Positions 12,751 to 25,500 are shown, counted from the stretch's first letter. The stretch: DNA of 64,000 nt from Azolla caroliniana (GCA_043228905.1 JBHGNT010000012.1:5952001-6016000); one strand, 5' to 3'. Translations and numbers: made by a program. The notes: generated by a model not told the origin, from the letters alone.

Positions 12751-15543
12751 TCAAAACCGGTCGCCGTCTCTATCCATGTCCTCTAGGTCCGGTTCGTCCT
12801 CGTGCCGCTTCTTGAATGCCTTGATCCTCTTCCCAGCCACTGGCACAACTATTCTCGTTCCGTCGAGCTTCACAACATGGTAGGTGCCATTGTTGTTGGT
12901 GCTTGTCACCGCGTAAGGCCCAGACCACCTACTTGTAAATTTCCGTATCGCCTTGTGTTGGTTGTCGAGGCTGCTGTCATAGACCAGAACCCAGTCGCCT
13001 TCCTCGATTTTCCTTGGTCGTAGTCGGTGAGTCCGGTCGAATCGCCCCTTGTTCTTTGTCCTTGCCGCGCGCAGCTTTGCTGTTGCTCGTTCCACGTCCT
13101 CCGGTCTTCGCTTGAGCTGTCGGATTCGCGCCGCTAACAACTCCCGACTCATCTCGTCTCTCTAGTCCACTGCGGCCCATGAGGAGATCGTTTGCTAAGT
13201 ACTTTTGCTCCGAACCGGATGGGGAACCTCGTGCCGGTTTCGTCCTCCTTGTTGACCACCCATCCTATCCCGGTCGAGCTCATGTCTACGGTAATGTAAA
13301 TGGGGACGTCCTTGCCATAAACCGCTTTCCAGAGTGCCGGTGCCGCGGTTAGCACCTCCTTCAGTCTACAAACCGACTCCACATGCTCCTCGCCCCAATC
13401 GAATTTACGCCCCTTCTTCAGCGACCCGTAGAGTGGCTCCGCGACGTGCGCGTAATGCGGAATCCAGATATGGTAGAACGCACACGCGCCCAAGAACCTC
13501 CGCAGCTCCGTAACCGACTTGCATTCTTCCTTCATTACGGAGATTGCTTCTACCTTTGCCGAAGACGGTTTCCGACTGTAAAGTCCGCACAAGTGTCCGA
13601 CCACTAGGATCTCTGACTGCCCGAAGGCCGATTTCTCCCCTGAGAAGGTGAGCCGCGCGCCTTCCAACCTTTGCAACATCTTCTCGTAGTCGCTGATGTG
13701 GTCCATTACGAATTTCCGGCTTCCGTCCAGCCCAACCGATTCGTCCCTCTCTTCCACTGGGCATCCCTTGATTGGGATGTCGTCCAAGAACGACATGGTG
13801 ATGTCAGCACCTTGTTCACCGCATTCACCATATGTGCCACCGAGCTGGTCCCTCCTTGTGGTAGGGTACACATCCACACTAAGCCGAGAGGAGTCCGCAT
13901 CATCATGATATCCCTGCTCTCCACGGCTAGTTGGAACTGATCGTACCCCGAGTACATATCCCCGACCGAATAGATCGACCTTCCGATGAAGGCCTCTACG
14001 AACTCGTCAATGGTCGGTCCGATACCTGCGTTCTGAATGAAGCGCAATGTGCCATTCTTCTTCGGCACAGTAAACCACCGATTCAAATATGGGGCACTCG
14101 ACGACTCGAGGATGCCCATCTCCACCTTCTGCTTCAATAGCTCCATCAACTTCGGGATGTGAGCTCTGGGTACCGGAATCGGCTTGAGATTCCACGGCAC
14201 ATGCGGTACCGTGAAGATCACCATTGGTTCTAGGACTGTCGGGTCTGCGCACCCGATCTCCCCCGGCGCCAATAAGAAGGCCCTCCCGTGCCTTCCGAGC
14301 ATTCTTTGAAACCGGTCCTCCTCCGCTGGCAGTAGAAAGCCACCCCCACCGACCTTGAGCTCCCGTGCCGTTATGTCGGTGAACCGGTGTCCTATGCCGG
14401 CCGGATCCCGTAGACTTGGGTCCGACGCGACCCCTTTCATCCGTAACTCGCTGCCCTCCGGCAAGGGTGCCGCGATTGGCCTCACCTTCCGGTCCACAGT
14501 CTTGTACCATGTATCCACACGGGCCGTCCGATCTGACTCGACCCCTTTCCTGAAGTTGGCGATGACTTCGTACATCCGTTCAAAACTAACCGGAATCGTC
14601 CAGTCTTCAATGAGGCCTTCTTCGAGTACGTTCCTTAGATCTTTCAAGGTGTTGTCGAAAGAGACCACCTCCACGACGTTGCCTATCACTTCGTCGGGGC
14701 CTAGGACTCCGCACGCCCTGAGACGTTCCTCCACCCGCTTCTTCTCCCGGCCACTAATGCTAGTTATTGTACAGCCTCTGTTGTCGGAGAACCAAAATTT
14801 CCTGTCTATAGTACAGGGCTTCCATCCTATGGTACACTTGTGGGGTCTTTTTGGGGTGTCTGGACTATCGGGGCACCACGCCTTGATAGCCCTCTCTAAA
14901 AATCCCTTCGACCTTTGCCACTGAGGGTCTCACGGTTGCGCTTGTGGTTCGGTCGCACTGTTAGAAATTGGATGGAGTGCTGCCCATCTTGGCTCTTCAC
15001 TCGGGCGTACGCCGAACCGTTATCCAGCACCTTTGTCTCCATGCGTGCCGCCGTGATGTATGGTTCGCCGAGGATCATCGGGTGCGAGGATGTCTCCTGC
15101 ATGAAGAAGTGCTGATCAATCTCGACATCGCTGATCTTTACTCGTACATTTGGGCAGGCCTCGTGTAGTTCCTCTGTGGCGCGCGTCACCGCTCATATTT
15201 TCCACTCGTGCTTGGTGTTGATTGGCCACTTACCCTTCTTGTAGAAGTCCATGGACATCAGGTTGATCTCCGAACCGTGGTCTACAAACGCCACCACCAG
15301 CTCCAGGATGTCTTCGATCTGAACGGGGGTCTCCGTAGTGGGTCTAACCCAATGCAGCCTCAAATAGTGGCTCTCCACCAACTCGTCTTCCAGGGCCATG
15401 TCTTCCAGGTGCATGGTTCGCACCTCCATCGGCTTCTCCGGTTCCGACTCCGTCGAGAGCCGTTTTCGCTTCACCAAGTCCACGATGGAATCATGGAAGT
15501 CCTTCTTGGCAATTTCTAGCATCTCCCTCAGCGACAACTCCAC
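12751..15543 (-). pseudogene. Gypsy pol remnants: protease, RT, truncated RNase H, integrase C-terminus
   Basis: AFVDHGSEINLMS (protease); WFTVPKKNGTLRFIQ, DMYSGYDQ, LPQGGTSSV, FLDDIPIKG (RT); RRFLGAC..YHIWIPHYA (connection); RWSGPY (GPY/F); multiple frameshifts. Confidence 0.9.
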
Positions 15544-16884
15544 TTTGCTGTCGAGAATTCGCTCCTCGAGGACCTTCCGCAGGTCCGTCGACCTCTCAAT
15601 CTCCGTGCTCAGCCGGTAACCAGCTCACTTTGTTTTCTCTGGTGCGTCGGGGTTACCAGCCTCATTTTGCTTCTGCCCGAACCGGGTCTCGTACTGCTGT
15701 GAGGACCTGGCACCTCCGGCCTTTCCCATGCGCTTGTCTTCTATAGAACCTTATAGTTCTGGCACGCGGCTTCCACGAAACCGGTCTTTTCCTCAACTGA
15801 ATCGTCCCATCCAGTGACCTCCTGGACTCGCTGCTCTGCGCGGTTCGCTTCTTCCCTCTTCAGTTGTGCGCCGCCGAGGCCTTCTAGCACCAAGGGCTAG
15901 AAGCCAGAGTCATCCTTCTTCCGGCCCTCGTCGCTCCCGACCCGGATTCCGGCCGATGCCGAATAGTGGACGGCCTTTGCATGGCACGCCGCTGCTTCTT
16001 CCATCAACCTCTTCATTCTGCCGTGCCCGAAGTTCGTCTCTAGGGGTCTCCGGGTATCACCGGTGTGCACCCACCCGTTCCACAGGTATACCACATTGCT
16101 TCTAAGTGCGTTTGCAAAATCCATGCACTCTTTCCGGGCATGGCCAATCACGTCGTACCACATGCACCGGTGCCCAGCCGGAGGCCTCCGGTTGCGGGAC
16201 TGTTCACCGCTGTCTCTCCGGGCCTGCACGATCTGGAGATCGCGCACCATCTGCGTCAGCTCTTCCAGAGCCACTCCTCCAGATGGGCACTTGACCACGC
16301 CGGTCGAGGTCGAGCCCGTCTCGAGCCAATCCCGGGTTTCCTCCTTCCGTGCCGGCGAAGGCTCATCCAACTTCCTTGCCGGGACGGGTCTCGCCGTCGA
16401 CGATCCCTCGTCGCCCCACTCACGGCGTTTGTCAAATTGACCGCAGACTCTCTTCACCACGGCCCAGTCGGCCGTTAGCCCATCATCTGTTTTCAGTAGG
16501 AGAACCACCTGATCTTGATCCCGCACGTCCACGACTTTGACAAACAACAAGACACGGCTCGTGTCCAGCACGGTTCTATCTAGTGCCGAGAGCTGCGCAA
16601 AGCGCTCTTCAAACTCCCGAAGAAGCGTTGACGCATTCCTCCCATTTCCGGGGGTCTCCACCCAATCCATGAAATCTCGCTTCGATAGCTGAAGCGCATC
16701 ATCGAGCCCGTACCTTTTGAGGAGCTGCCCCTCGAACTCTTCCCAGGTCCGGAATCCGGCTTGCACCTCGAGCACCTCCGCGTTGTCGTAGTGTATTTCG
16801 TACACTACGTGAAAAAGAAAAAATAATATAACTGATTTAATTACATATAAATAAATAAAATAAGAATATCAAGATATTTATTAC

Positions 16885-16955
16885 GTGCATAGGGCAGGAT
16901 TCGAACCCTGTACCTCCACGTAGTCAAACCTCAACTTTACCATTATGCTACCTTA
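16885..16955 (-). other. tRNA-derived Pol III cassette in the 5' LTR (second copy at 19726-19796)
   Basis: Minus strand: TAGCATAATGG (A box) ... GGTTCGAATCC (canonical B box) within a CAGG/CCTG stem. Confidence 0.7.
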
Positions 16956-17577
16956 TCTTTAGTGTCTTATAAATAGATTTAATAACTATAAGTCCTTTAT
17001 TTGCGCCTACCTTTATTAAAAGGTAAATCATGCATTTTTAGAGTGCGTGAATATTTTATAGAAAAACGCAAGCAACTAAAAAGTGACTCATGCACATCTA
17101 GCGTGCATGAGCACTATATTTAGCAAATAAAAGCAAGGATTAGAAAAGCATCACATGCACATTTAGTGTGCATGAACATATTAGAAAAAAAAGCATGTAG
17201 CTATGCTTAGTCTCTCCCATCACTACATAAGGATGGGGAGCACAATGTAATAGGTGTGTGAAATATTTGGAAATTGGATATATTTCCGAAAACACCAACC
17301 GATTAATATAATCGTGGGATTCACGAAAATAATATAATCTATACTTGTGGGATTCACAAGTTTCTTATATCTTTCTTTCAATCTAAATACATATTCTTAT
17401 CTAAATATTGATTAATCGAATACAATACACTCGTGGGATTCACGAAATTTCTATCTCTCTTTCTAATAATCTATTCATTACTAGCCTCATCTCATATTCT
17501 TCTTTCTCCTAGTCCAAAACCTCGGCGGTTCCCACCCGACTCACGCAACGATCCGGAGCCGAAAGGCACGACACAGT

Positions 17578-17594
17578 TGGTGAACCCGACGTGA
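17578..17594 (+). promoter_or_regulatory. Primer-binding site complementary to tRNA-Trp
   Basis: TGGTGAACCCGACGTGA, complementary to the plant tRNA-Trp 3' end (...TCACGTCGGGTTCACCA, from recall); 4 nt after the LTR. Confidence 0.8.
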
Positions 17595-17611
17595 AGGCGG
17601 GTGGCAAGGAG

Positions 17612-19672
17612 ATGGAGAATCAACAAGAGGCAATGAGCATAACGATGATGATGATGTTCGAGCGGATGCTACAAGAACAACGAGTGATGTCGGAGATCAC
17701 GGGGGCAGTAAAGCGGCTCGTACAACGAAACAGACAATTCAACGGAAACGATGTGTCACGCTATCTACGTGACTACAAGGCGGAGATGATACGATGTGGG
17801 ATACCGGAAGGATTGCAAGTGACATCCTTCAATCGAGTGGCCACGGATGAGCTACAAGAGAGAATCCACAAGATACGGCAACAAAACTCGACATGGGGGT
17901 CATTCGAAGAAGCTTTACGAGAGTCATATGATTACAAGAGATCGAAGGGACAAGATCGGCGAGAATTCGACGAATGGGTGGCATCGGAGAAGACCCACCG
18001 AAGTGCAACACAAGCATTCCTAGAGTTCGAGCATCGTTTTGCTCGACTCTCGGAGCGGGAACAACGATTGGTGGGAGAGGATAAAGTCCTAATGTTCGTA
18101 AAATCGATCGATCGAAAAGAAAGGATGGACATCGGGATCGAACTCGAAGACGATGAAGGTACGAATGGTCTTACCGAAGATTGGGCCGAAGTCCAAAGGG
18201 TATGCCGGAGACATGATGAGAGGAAGATGAGAATCTTGTCAACGACATGGCCGATGAAGGATGGTCGATTGAAGACAAACGATGGAGCCGATATGAAGGC
18301 CGAAATACAACATGATGGTCCGACGGAAGAGGGTGTAAAACAAGCTACCCTCTTGTCTTGCGAAAGAACAAAGACCAAGGATAAGGCCGATAACCCAAGT
18401 GTAGAAGAAGATTTCAGAATACAAGTGTCCGAAACATCGGGTGAAAAAGGGGTAAGCATAATTGATGCAGTGAAAGAGAGCAAGGAGGACTTGATTGAGG
18501 AGGTCACCATGAAAGATGACATCGAATCGAAGGTGGCTATGGACGAATCAACGACGGATGGCCATATCGAGACTTCCCCACCACTGATTCCAAAGACTCC
18601 GGCGGTTGCGTTCGAAAGGCAACGTGAGACCGAAGAGACGGAAGGTGGCGGAGAGAAAACAAAGGTCGAAGCCGATGCGTATGACGGAGAGATAGCCAAG
18701 AATATGGCTATGGGTGAAACAACGGAGGATGATAATACCGAGGATTCCTACCCACTAATTCTAGAGACTTCGGCGGTTGTGTCCGAGAACCAACGTGAGA
18801 CCGGAGAGACAGGAGGTGGCGGCAAGAAAGGTAAAGTCGGAAGCCGGTTCGGATGGAAGGTGATCCGGACGGGATTCCGATCCGAAAGAAAGCCGAACCG
18901 GGTAAAAGAGGATTCGACCAAAAGTCGACCCGAAAGAAAGCCGAACCGAAAGGAAGAGAATTCGGCCGAAAGACGACACAAACGAAAGCCGAACTGGGCG
19001 AATGAGGATTCGGCCGAAAGACGACCCGAAAGAAAGCCGACCCGAAAAGGGGTCGACTCGGTCAAAACCGATCGACCGAGTCTGACTTGGCCGAACGCGA
19101 ATATGGATGGAAGCCGACCTAGCCGAAAGCCAATCGGACGAGACCGATCCGGAAAGAAGCTAATCCGACTCAATCGTAGGTTGGACCGGTCGAGGCTGGT
19201 GAAAACGAGGAAAAGAAAGCCAACCGAAACCGAAACCGATAGATCGAAACCGGGCCAGAAGGAGACCGACTCAATCGAAACCGAACAACCGATTCCGATT
19301 CGGCCAAATATGAATCCGATCGGACGCCGATCAAACCAAAAGTCGATCGGACGAGAGCGATCCGGAAAAAAGTCAAGGTTGATGAAGACAAGAAAGAGGC
19401 CAGTAAAAGACACTACCACGAATGACAAGGGCCAAGAATATGACGAGAGAGAACAAAGAATATGGTGGATCGGATGGCGACAATGGTTCGGGTGGAAAGA
19501 ATGGGTCTACTCAAAATGGAGAGACAAAGTTGACATAGCGGGACAAACGGAGGATGAAGGGGAGACAACGAGCATCGGCAACTTCGGCACATACCGGAGG
19601 ATGTGCGGGTTCGGAGGGGGCGAGTGTCGTAGTGTATTTCGTACACTACGTGAAAAAGAAAAAATAATATAA
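17612..19672 (+). CDS. Gag-like protein with long acidic then Arg/Lys-rich repetitive tail
   Basis: Uninterrupted ORF; N-terminal ~200 aa homologous to the host gypsy gag (QFNG.DVSRYL..YKAEM; FE.RFA.LS; GLTEDWAEV.RVC); stop lies inside the 3' LTR. Confidence 0.85.
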   Translation: MENQQEAMSITMMMMFERMLQEQRVMSEITGAVKRLVQRNRQFNGNDVSRYLRDYKAEMIRCGIPEGLQVTSFNRVATDELQERIHKIRQQNSTWGSFEEALRESYDYKRSKGQDRREFDEWVASEKTHRSATQAFLEFEHRFARLSEREQRLVGEDKVLMFVKSIDRKERMDIGIELEDDEGTNGLTEDWAEVQRVCRRHDERKMRILSTTWPMKDGRLKTNDGADMKAEIQHDGPTEEGVKQATLLSCERTKTKDKADNPSVEEDFRIQVSETSGEKGVSIIDAVKESKEDLIEEVTMKDDIESKVAMDESTTDGHIETSPPLIPKTPAVAFERQRETEETEGGGEKTKVEADAYDGEIAKNMAMGETTEDDNTEDSYPLILETSAVVSENQRETGETGGGGKKGKVGSRFGWKVIRTGFRSERKPNRVKEDSTKSRPERKPNRKEENSAERRHKRKPNWANEDSAERRPERKPTRKGVDSVKTDRPSLTWPNANMDGSRPSRKPIGRDRSGKKLIRLNRRLDRSRLVKTRKRKPTETETDRSKPGQKETDSIETEQPIPIRPNMNPIGRRSNQKSIGRERSGKKSRLMKTRKRPVKDTTTNDKGQEYDEREQRIWWIGWRQWFGWKEWVYSKWRDKVDIAGQTEDEGETTSIGNFGTYRRMCGFGGGECRSVFRTLREKEKII

Positions 19673-20680
19673 CTGATTTAATTACATATAAATAAATAAA
19701 ATAAGAATATCAAGATATTTATTACGTGCATAGGGCAGGATTCGAACCCTGTACCTCCACGTAATCAAACCTCAACTTTACCATTATGCTACCTTATCTT
19801 TAGTGTCTTATAAATAGATTTAATAACTATAAGTCCTTTATTTGCGCCTACCTTTATTAAAAGGTAAATCATGCATTTTTAGAGTGCGTGAATATTTTAT
19901 AGAAAAACGCAAGCAACTAAAAAGTGACTCATGCACATCTAGCGTGCATGAGCACTATATTTAGCAAATAAAAGCAAGGATTAGAAAAGCATCACATGCA
20001 CATTTAGTGTGCATGAACATATTAGAAAAAAAAGCATGTAGCTATGCTTAGTCTCTCCCATCACTACATAAGGATGGGGAGCACAATGTAATAGGTGTGT
20101 GAAATATTTGGAAATTGGATATATTTCCGAAAACACCAACCGATTAATATAATCGTGGGATTCACGAAAATAATATAATCTATACTTGTGGGATTCACAA
20201 GTTTCTTATATCTTTCTTTCAATCTAAATACATATTCTTATCTAAATATTGATTAATCGAATACAATACACTCGTGGGATTCACGAAATTTCTATCTCTC
20301 TTTCTAATAATCTATTCATTACTAGCCTCATCTCATATTCTTCTTTCTCCTAGTCCAAAACCTCGGCGGTTCCCACCCGACTCACGCAACGATCCGGAGC
20401 CGAAAGGCACGACAACGTGGATGCCCGGTTTCGCCACCCAAGGGAACCCACCCAGACACCTATCCTCCGAGATGTCCCTCATCACCATTTCGGCTCGGTA
20501 GGCCACCAAATAGCCCGTGGTGTCCTTCCCATCGAACTGGCCTATTGTGCCAACAATTGCTTCAATGGCTCTGTCGAGGGCGTCCGTGCCCTCGTGAGCA
20601 CTTACTATCCAATCAACTGCTGCTGCCATGGCTTCAACGAGCTCTGATCCCCTCATCTTCGACTCCTCTGCTGCCTTGTT

Positions 20681-20697
20681 TCATGTCGGGTTCACCA
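20681..20697 (-). promoter_or_regulatory. tRNA-Trp PBS of the host gypsy element
   Basis: Minus strand TGGTGAACCCGACATGA adjacent to the 5' LTR. Confidence 0.8.
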
Positions 20698-21434
20698 AAT
20701 ATGTCAAGTTATTTCGCTTTCGCGTGGGAAATAAGGTGGGACCACGAGGGCCCTGAACCGAGGAGATAGCGAAAGAAGAGGAAGGGAGAAGCGCGTGCGC
20801 GTAGGGCTAGGTAGACCTGTCTACAACCGACAACGCTTGCCAGAGAAACACAGGAGATTCAATTACAACAACAGTAACGATTACAGTGTTAGCAAGATTA
20901 CAACTGGCTAACCGGTGATAGACCCAACCCAGACAATCACACACCCATGCGCACAAACAGTAGAGCCTTGCCGGAATGCACACGACTTTCCTCGAAGCAG
21001 AGGCAACCCACCTAGAATCCTACAGAGAGCAACGAAAAAGGAGGAGAGAGCTCGGTTCCCAATCCGACAACACCTCGTCCTTGCCTAAAACGCGATCCCC
21101 TCTTAGTCCCCTCTCCTCTCCTTTTATAGACCAAGGAGAGAGACGTTACGATATGTTCCATCACTTTTATTCTATGTCCATTTTGATAGAGATACCCCTC
21201 GATTCTCTACCTAATGCATACGCGCTACCTAGGATATTCACATCGCCGACCTGTACCTAACTATGTACAATACATCAAAACATGTGCCCGTGTGTAAGGG
21301 TTGGTTCACGCACACTATCCACCGATTCCTCGTAGGGGGCGGTTATCTCCACGACAACGTGCACATTGCACCTTCTCGATTTCGTTCGTTGCACACAATT
21401 TTCACACCGCTGCCGAAAATATTCACGACAACGT

Positions 21435-21900
21435 TTAGCCAAAAATGCTTTAAACTCAGAAGACATATACTCCCTCCCTCGAACAGAACGGAGGGTGCCC
21501 ATTTTACATGTTGACAAATTCTCAGCGAAAGCCAGAAATTGTTTGAAACACAGAAACACTTCAGACTTTGCCTTCAATGGATATACCCATGCATGCCTAG
21601 AAAAGTCTTGAATGAAAGTCACGAAATAAAGATAGTTCCAAGAGAATATTTCTGCATAGGACCACAAACATCGCTATGAACAAGCTGCAATTTCTACGTA
21701 GCGCTAATTGAACCATCTTTTGGAAAGGAGGAACGTTGTCTTTTGCCCAAAATATAGCCTTCACAAACATGCTTCGGAGGTGCCTCAAGTTTGGGCAAGG
21801 AGGACACCATTTCAAATTTCTGTAGGTGACGCGCACTTGCAAAATTCAGATGACCAAAGCGTGCATGCCAAATCTTTGCATCTGAAATAGCCTGAGAATC
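21435..21900 (-). pseudogene. Copia GAG-pre-integrase / integrase N-terminal half
   Basis: YFVTFIQDFSRHAWVYPLKAKSEVF...LRSVRGREYMS. Confidence 0.85.
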
Positions 21901-22567
21901 CTGTATTACAGAATAATTTATAGATGTTGAGCAGCAAGCTCAACCAGATCCGGATCGGCTGAATAAGCCTGAGCCGGATCAGCATCCGGAAGGATGAGCC
22001 GATGAGCTGGGGAGCCGGTTAGCCGGACCAAGCAGTAACTGGAAGCCTAGTAGCAGCCTAGACTACTAGGTAGTTAATGTCTCGTAGTTAGTGTCAGACG
22101 CTCGTGTGAGCATTGAAGTACACTGTACTTCTGTCAGTCCTCTTAGGACTTGTATAAATAGTGCTGTTGAGCACGTTGTATGTACAGAGAATTTTATAGA
22201 GTTGTTGATAATAGATTGAAGTTGTTATGCTCTTTCTCTATCTCTCCTGCGTACCTTCTATGTGTTAATCTCTCTCTCTTTCTCTCTGTTGCTATCTGGC
22301 TAAGCCGATTGTCTAAGGGTAAAAGCATGCGAGTGGAAACACTATTATAGCTAATTAGCTACTAAAATGGCCATAGCTAATTAGCTATTTGTTTAGCTAG
22401 TCTTTTTTGTGGGAAAATCAAATATTTGAAAAACTAATTTATGAAAAAACTCAAATATTTGAACTTCTGTTTCAGACGTAGTGGAACTTGGGGAATATCA
22501 CCATCATCTAAGGTCGACTTCAATGTCATCAATTTCATGTTTAGCCTAAGTCTGATTTTGAACGCAG

Positions 22568-25500
22568 ATGGAGTACTCAGAGCACGAACGCAGACGTAGC
22601 TCCCGCAACAGCAAAAAATCGACATTGCAGATTGAGAGCTACAACACAGAACCCGCTCGATCATCGTCCAGGTATGTTTCAGTTACAGAAACCCCAAACA
22701 TTTGTTTTTTCTTTTTGACTACTGTCTGAACTTTGGTGCCGATTCATATTTCCCCAAAATCGAATAGGGCGAAGTCCTTGGAGTCCCATACAAGGATGTC
22801 TCGCAAATCGGGGAGTAGCAACAGGTGTGTTTATATTACTTTTTTTGTGTTTAATCCTGTCTTTAGTGATGATTGGGGTTTCTGATTGAAATTTCTGATT
22901 AGGGTTTTTGTTTATAAATTTCTTATTAGAATTTCTGATTAGGGTTTGTGATTGAAATTTCTGATTAGGGTTTGTGATTGAAATTTCTGATTAGGGTTTT
23001 TGATTATAAATTTCTGATTAGAATATTTGAATAGGGTTTCTGGTTACAAATTTTGATTACAAATTAGAATTTCTGAATAGGGTTTTTGTTTATAAATTTC
23101 TGCTTAGGATTTCTGATTAGGGTTTGTGATTGAAATTTTTTATTAGGGTTTCTGATTGAAATTTCTGATTAGGGTTTTTGATTATAAATTTCTGATTAGA
23201 ATTTCTGAATAAGGTTTCTGGTTACAAACTTCTGATTACAGATTTTGATTAGGGTTTCTGATTTCAAACTTCTGATTACAGATTTTGATTAGGGTTTCTG
23301 ATTTCAAATTTCTGAATACAAATTATGATTAGGGTTTCTGATTTGCTAAGTTAAAGATTTTGCACCATTTTTGTTGTTGTTAATTGGGGTTTTTGATTCT
23401 CACATATTCTGATTTTGCACTATTTCTGATTTCTGAAATGATATTTCAGATGGCTCGTTCCTCCGTATACGAGAGTGCTAAACTTCGCAAAATTTTGCGA
23501 GACAAAGGAGGACTTCCACAACACCTATGGTCTGTCACTCGAGGGTGTTGACCCTGCTGTCCTAAGTGATAAATTGATCAGTGATATAGACTGGATGACA
23601 GTATATACAGTGCCTAGAGTCAAAGGCAAGGTCAAGCTGAAGCATGTACGAGCCGACTTGTACGATGACTGCATGAGACTGCACCAGAAAGTTCATCAGG
23701 AGATCCCAGTCAACAATGAGTTGTCAGTTTCATTTGCTAGAGCATTTGCATATGAGTACTGCAAAACAACGAAGGAATCTAGAGACCCTGAAATGTATAG
23801 GGTAGCTTGGGTAGTCTATGGTGAGGCATCGGTAAAAAGATGCCGAAAGATGGGGACCTTGGCACAAAAAATAGACAGATTTTGGAGCATGGCAGCTGTT
23901 GATGCAACTGCGGACTCCCAGCAAGACCGGGGGCATACACCACACCGACACCCAAGGAAAGCCAATGTCGATGATACAGGTGAGACATTGGTTAGCTATA
24001 TGCTAAAAAATGTCCATGAAGCCTGTGAGACATTGGCATTTTTTAAGACTGATTTAGAGAAAGCCACAATGGCTTCTGCAATGGAGAGCAAAGTTACTTC
24101 TACTGTTACAACAATTAGAAATAAGATTCAGGTAACTATTGTTTTGCTGGTATGTGATTGTGTTATAAATAACGGGTAAAATGTGCTAATCAAGCATTAT
24201 CTGGAATAGGTTGCGCAACAGGAGCTTGAATTAGAGGGGCCACTGGATCCCTAGCGTAAAATAGAACTGCAAATAGAGATCCAGGTTCTTTCAATGAACC
24301 TGGACCTTCTAGGTGTAAATACTGTTGCAGATTACAATTTGGATAAGCTTCAAGTAAGTTAACGATTCCTGAGCAAAGTTGGTGTATCTTTCAACAACAA
24401 GAATAATTAATCGGTAAATTTCTCTGTTGCGTTGAAGGAACAATACATTCATCAAGAACAGGTAGTTAGCTGCCTTAAGAAGAAGCTACATTTTGTGGAG
24501 GGAATGGTAAGGACCAGACAGGATTTGGACCTGAACATTCTTGCTCCCTTACCAAATGAAGTAGAACCAGAAAATGATTTATTGACAGTTCAAGCACGTT
24601 GCATCGTTTGCGGGTTAGGTGTGGAGGACAAAACTGCGTCTTTGTTGGTTCACCTACAACCATGCAACCACACATACCATCTGCTTTGTTTTCAACATGC
24701 CTGTCGAATTGCTGCATTCTGTTTGGGAGATTGCAGTACAACTCTACCAAATGAGTGGAGAAAACTAACAGGTATACCATACTGTAGCTAATAAGCTTAG
24801 TCTTTTCTAATTAGCTATCCTACTAGCTAATTAGCTACTGGCAGCTAATGAGCTACTAGCTAATTAGCTATCCTAGTAGCTAATTAGCTATGGTACTAGC
24901 TAATTAGCTAGTACCATAGTTGTGTAAAAAAGCTAAATAGCTATCCTACTAGCTAATTAGCCACTGGCAACTAATTAGCTATCCTAGTAACTAATTAGCT
25001 ACTGCCATAGTTGTGTAAAGTAGCTAATAAGCTATCCTAGTAGCTAGTTAGCTATGGTACTAGCTAATTAGCTAGTACCATAGTTGTGTAAAAAAGCTAA
25101 TTAGCTATCCTACTAGCTAATTAGCTACTGGCAACTAATTAGCTATCCTACTAGCTAATTAGCTACTGGCAACTAATTAGCTATCCTACTAGCGAATTAG
25201 CTATCCTAGTAGCTAATTAGCTACTGGCAACTAATTAGCTATCCTACTAGCTAATTAGCTATCCTACTAGCTAATTAGCTATCATAGTAGCTAATTAGCT
25301 ACTGACATAGTTGTGTAAAGTAGCTAATAAGCTATCCTAGTAGCTAATTAGCTACTGGCAGCTAGTAGCTAATTAGCTACTGGCAGCTAATTAGCTGTCC
25401 TAGTAGCTAATAAGCTATCCTAGCTACTACATAGTTCAGAAAGTAGCTAATTAGCTTTCATTGTAGCTAATTAGCTATCCTAGCTACCACCATAGTTAGT

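Larger units (their letters stand above)
16784..20414 (+). mobile_element. Young non-autonomous gag-only (TR-GAG-like) LTR element; LTRs 16784-17573 and 19625-20414
   Basis: 790-bp LTRs with one difference seen by eye (CGTAGTC/CGTAATC), TSD GCGT/ACGT, PBS 17578-17594, PPT GGAGGGGGCGAG 19613-19624, no pol. Confidence 0.95.
15897..20656 (-). pseudogene. Gypsy gag, interrupted by the 16784-20414 insertion
   Basis: ...KPGIH|AEVLEVQ... rejoins in frame across the insertion; CMWYDVIGHARKEC degenerate zinc knuckle. Confidence 0.85.
11978..21356 (-). mobile_element. Ty3/gypsy LTR retrotransposon (degenerate, integrase core deleted); LTRs 11978-12647 and 20702-21356
   Basis: Two highly similar ~655-670 bp LTRs with TGTC...GACA ends, perfect 4-bp TSD ACGT, PBS at 20681-20697, PPT at 12648-12660, gag-PR-RT-RH-IN order. 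Confidence 0.95.
11277..21430 (-). mobile_element. Solo LTR (~770 bp: 11277-11977 + 21361-21430) of the tRNA-Trp gypsy group, split by the nested gypsy
   Basis: TGTCGAG...CACGACA termini, 4-bp TSD ACAT (11273-76)/ACGT (21431-34); removal restores the copia integrase frame AKR-GIKH; contains (GA)n 11397-11436 and CCATGGGCTAAA repeats 11600-11655. Confidence 0.8.

Noticed and set aside
16885-16955. Functional tRNA genes here and at 8547-8620, 11740-11815, 19726-19796
   Set aside because: A/B boxes are present but acceptor and anticodon stems do not pair; reported as tRNA-derived only.
17932-19428. Long antisense ORFs (255 and 226 aa)
   Set aside because: Shadows of the repetitive sense gag-like ORF; the same applies to antisense ORFs within 51274-55350.
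22870-23345. Interstitial telomere
   Set aside because: No contiguous (TTTAGGG)n; single telo-boxes are embedded in a longer repeat unit.
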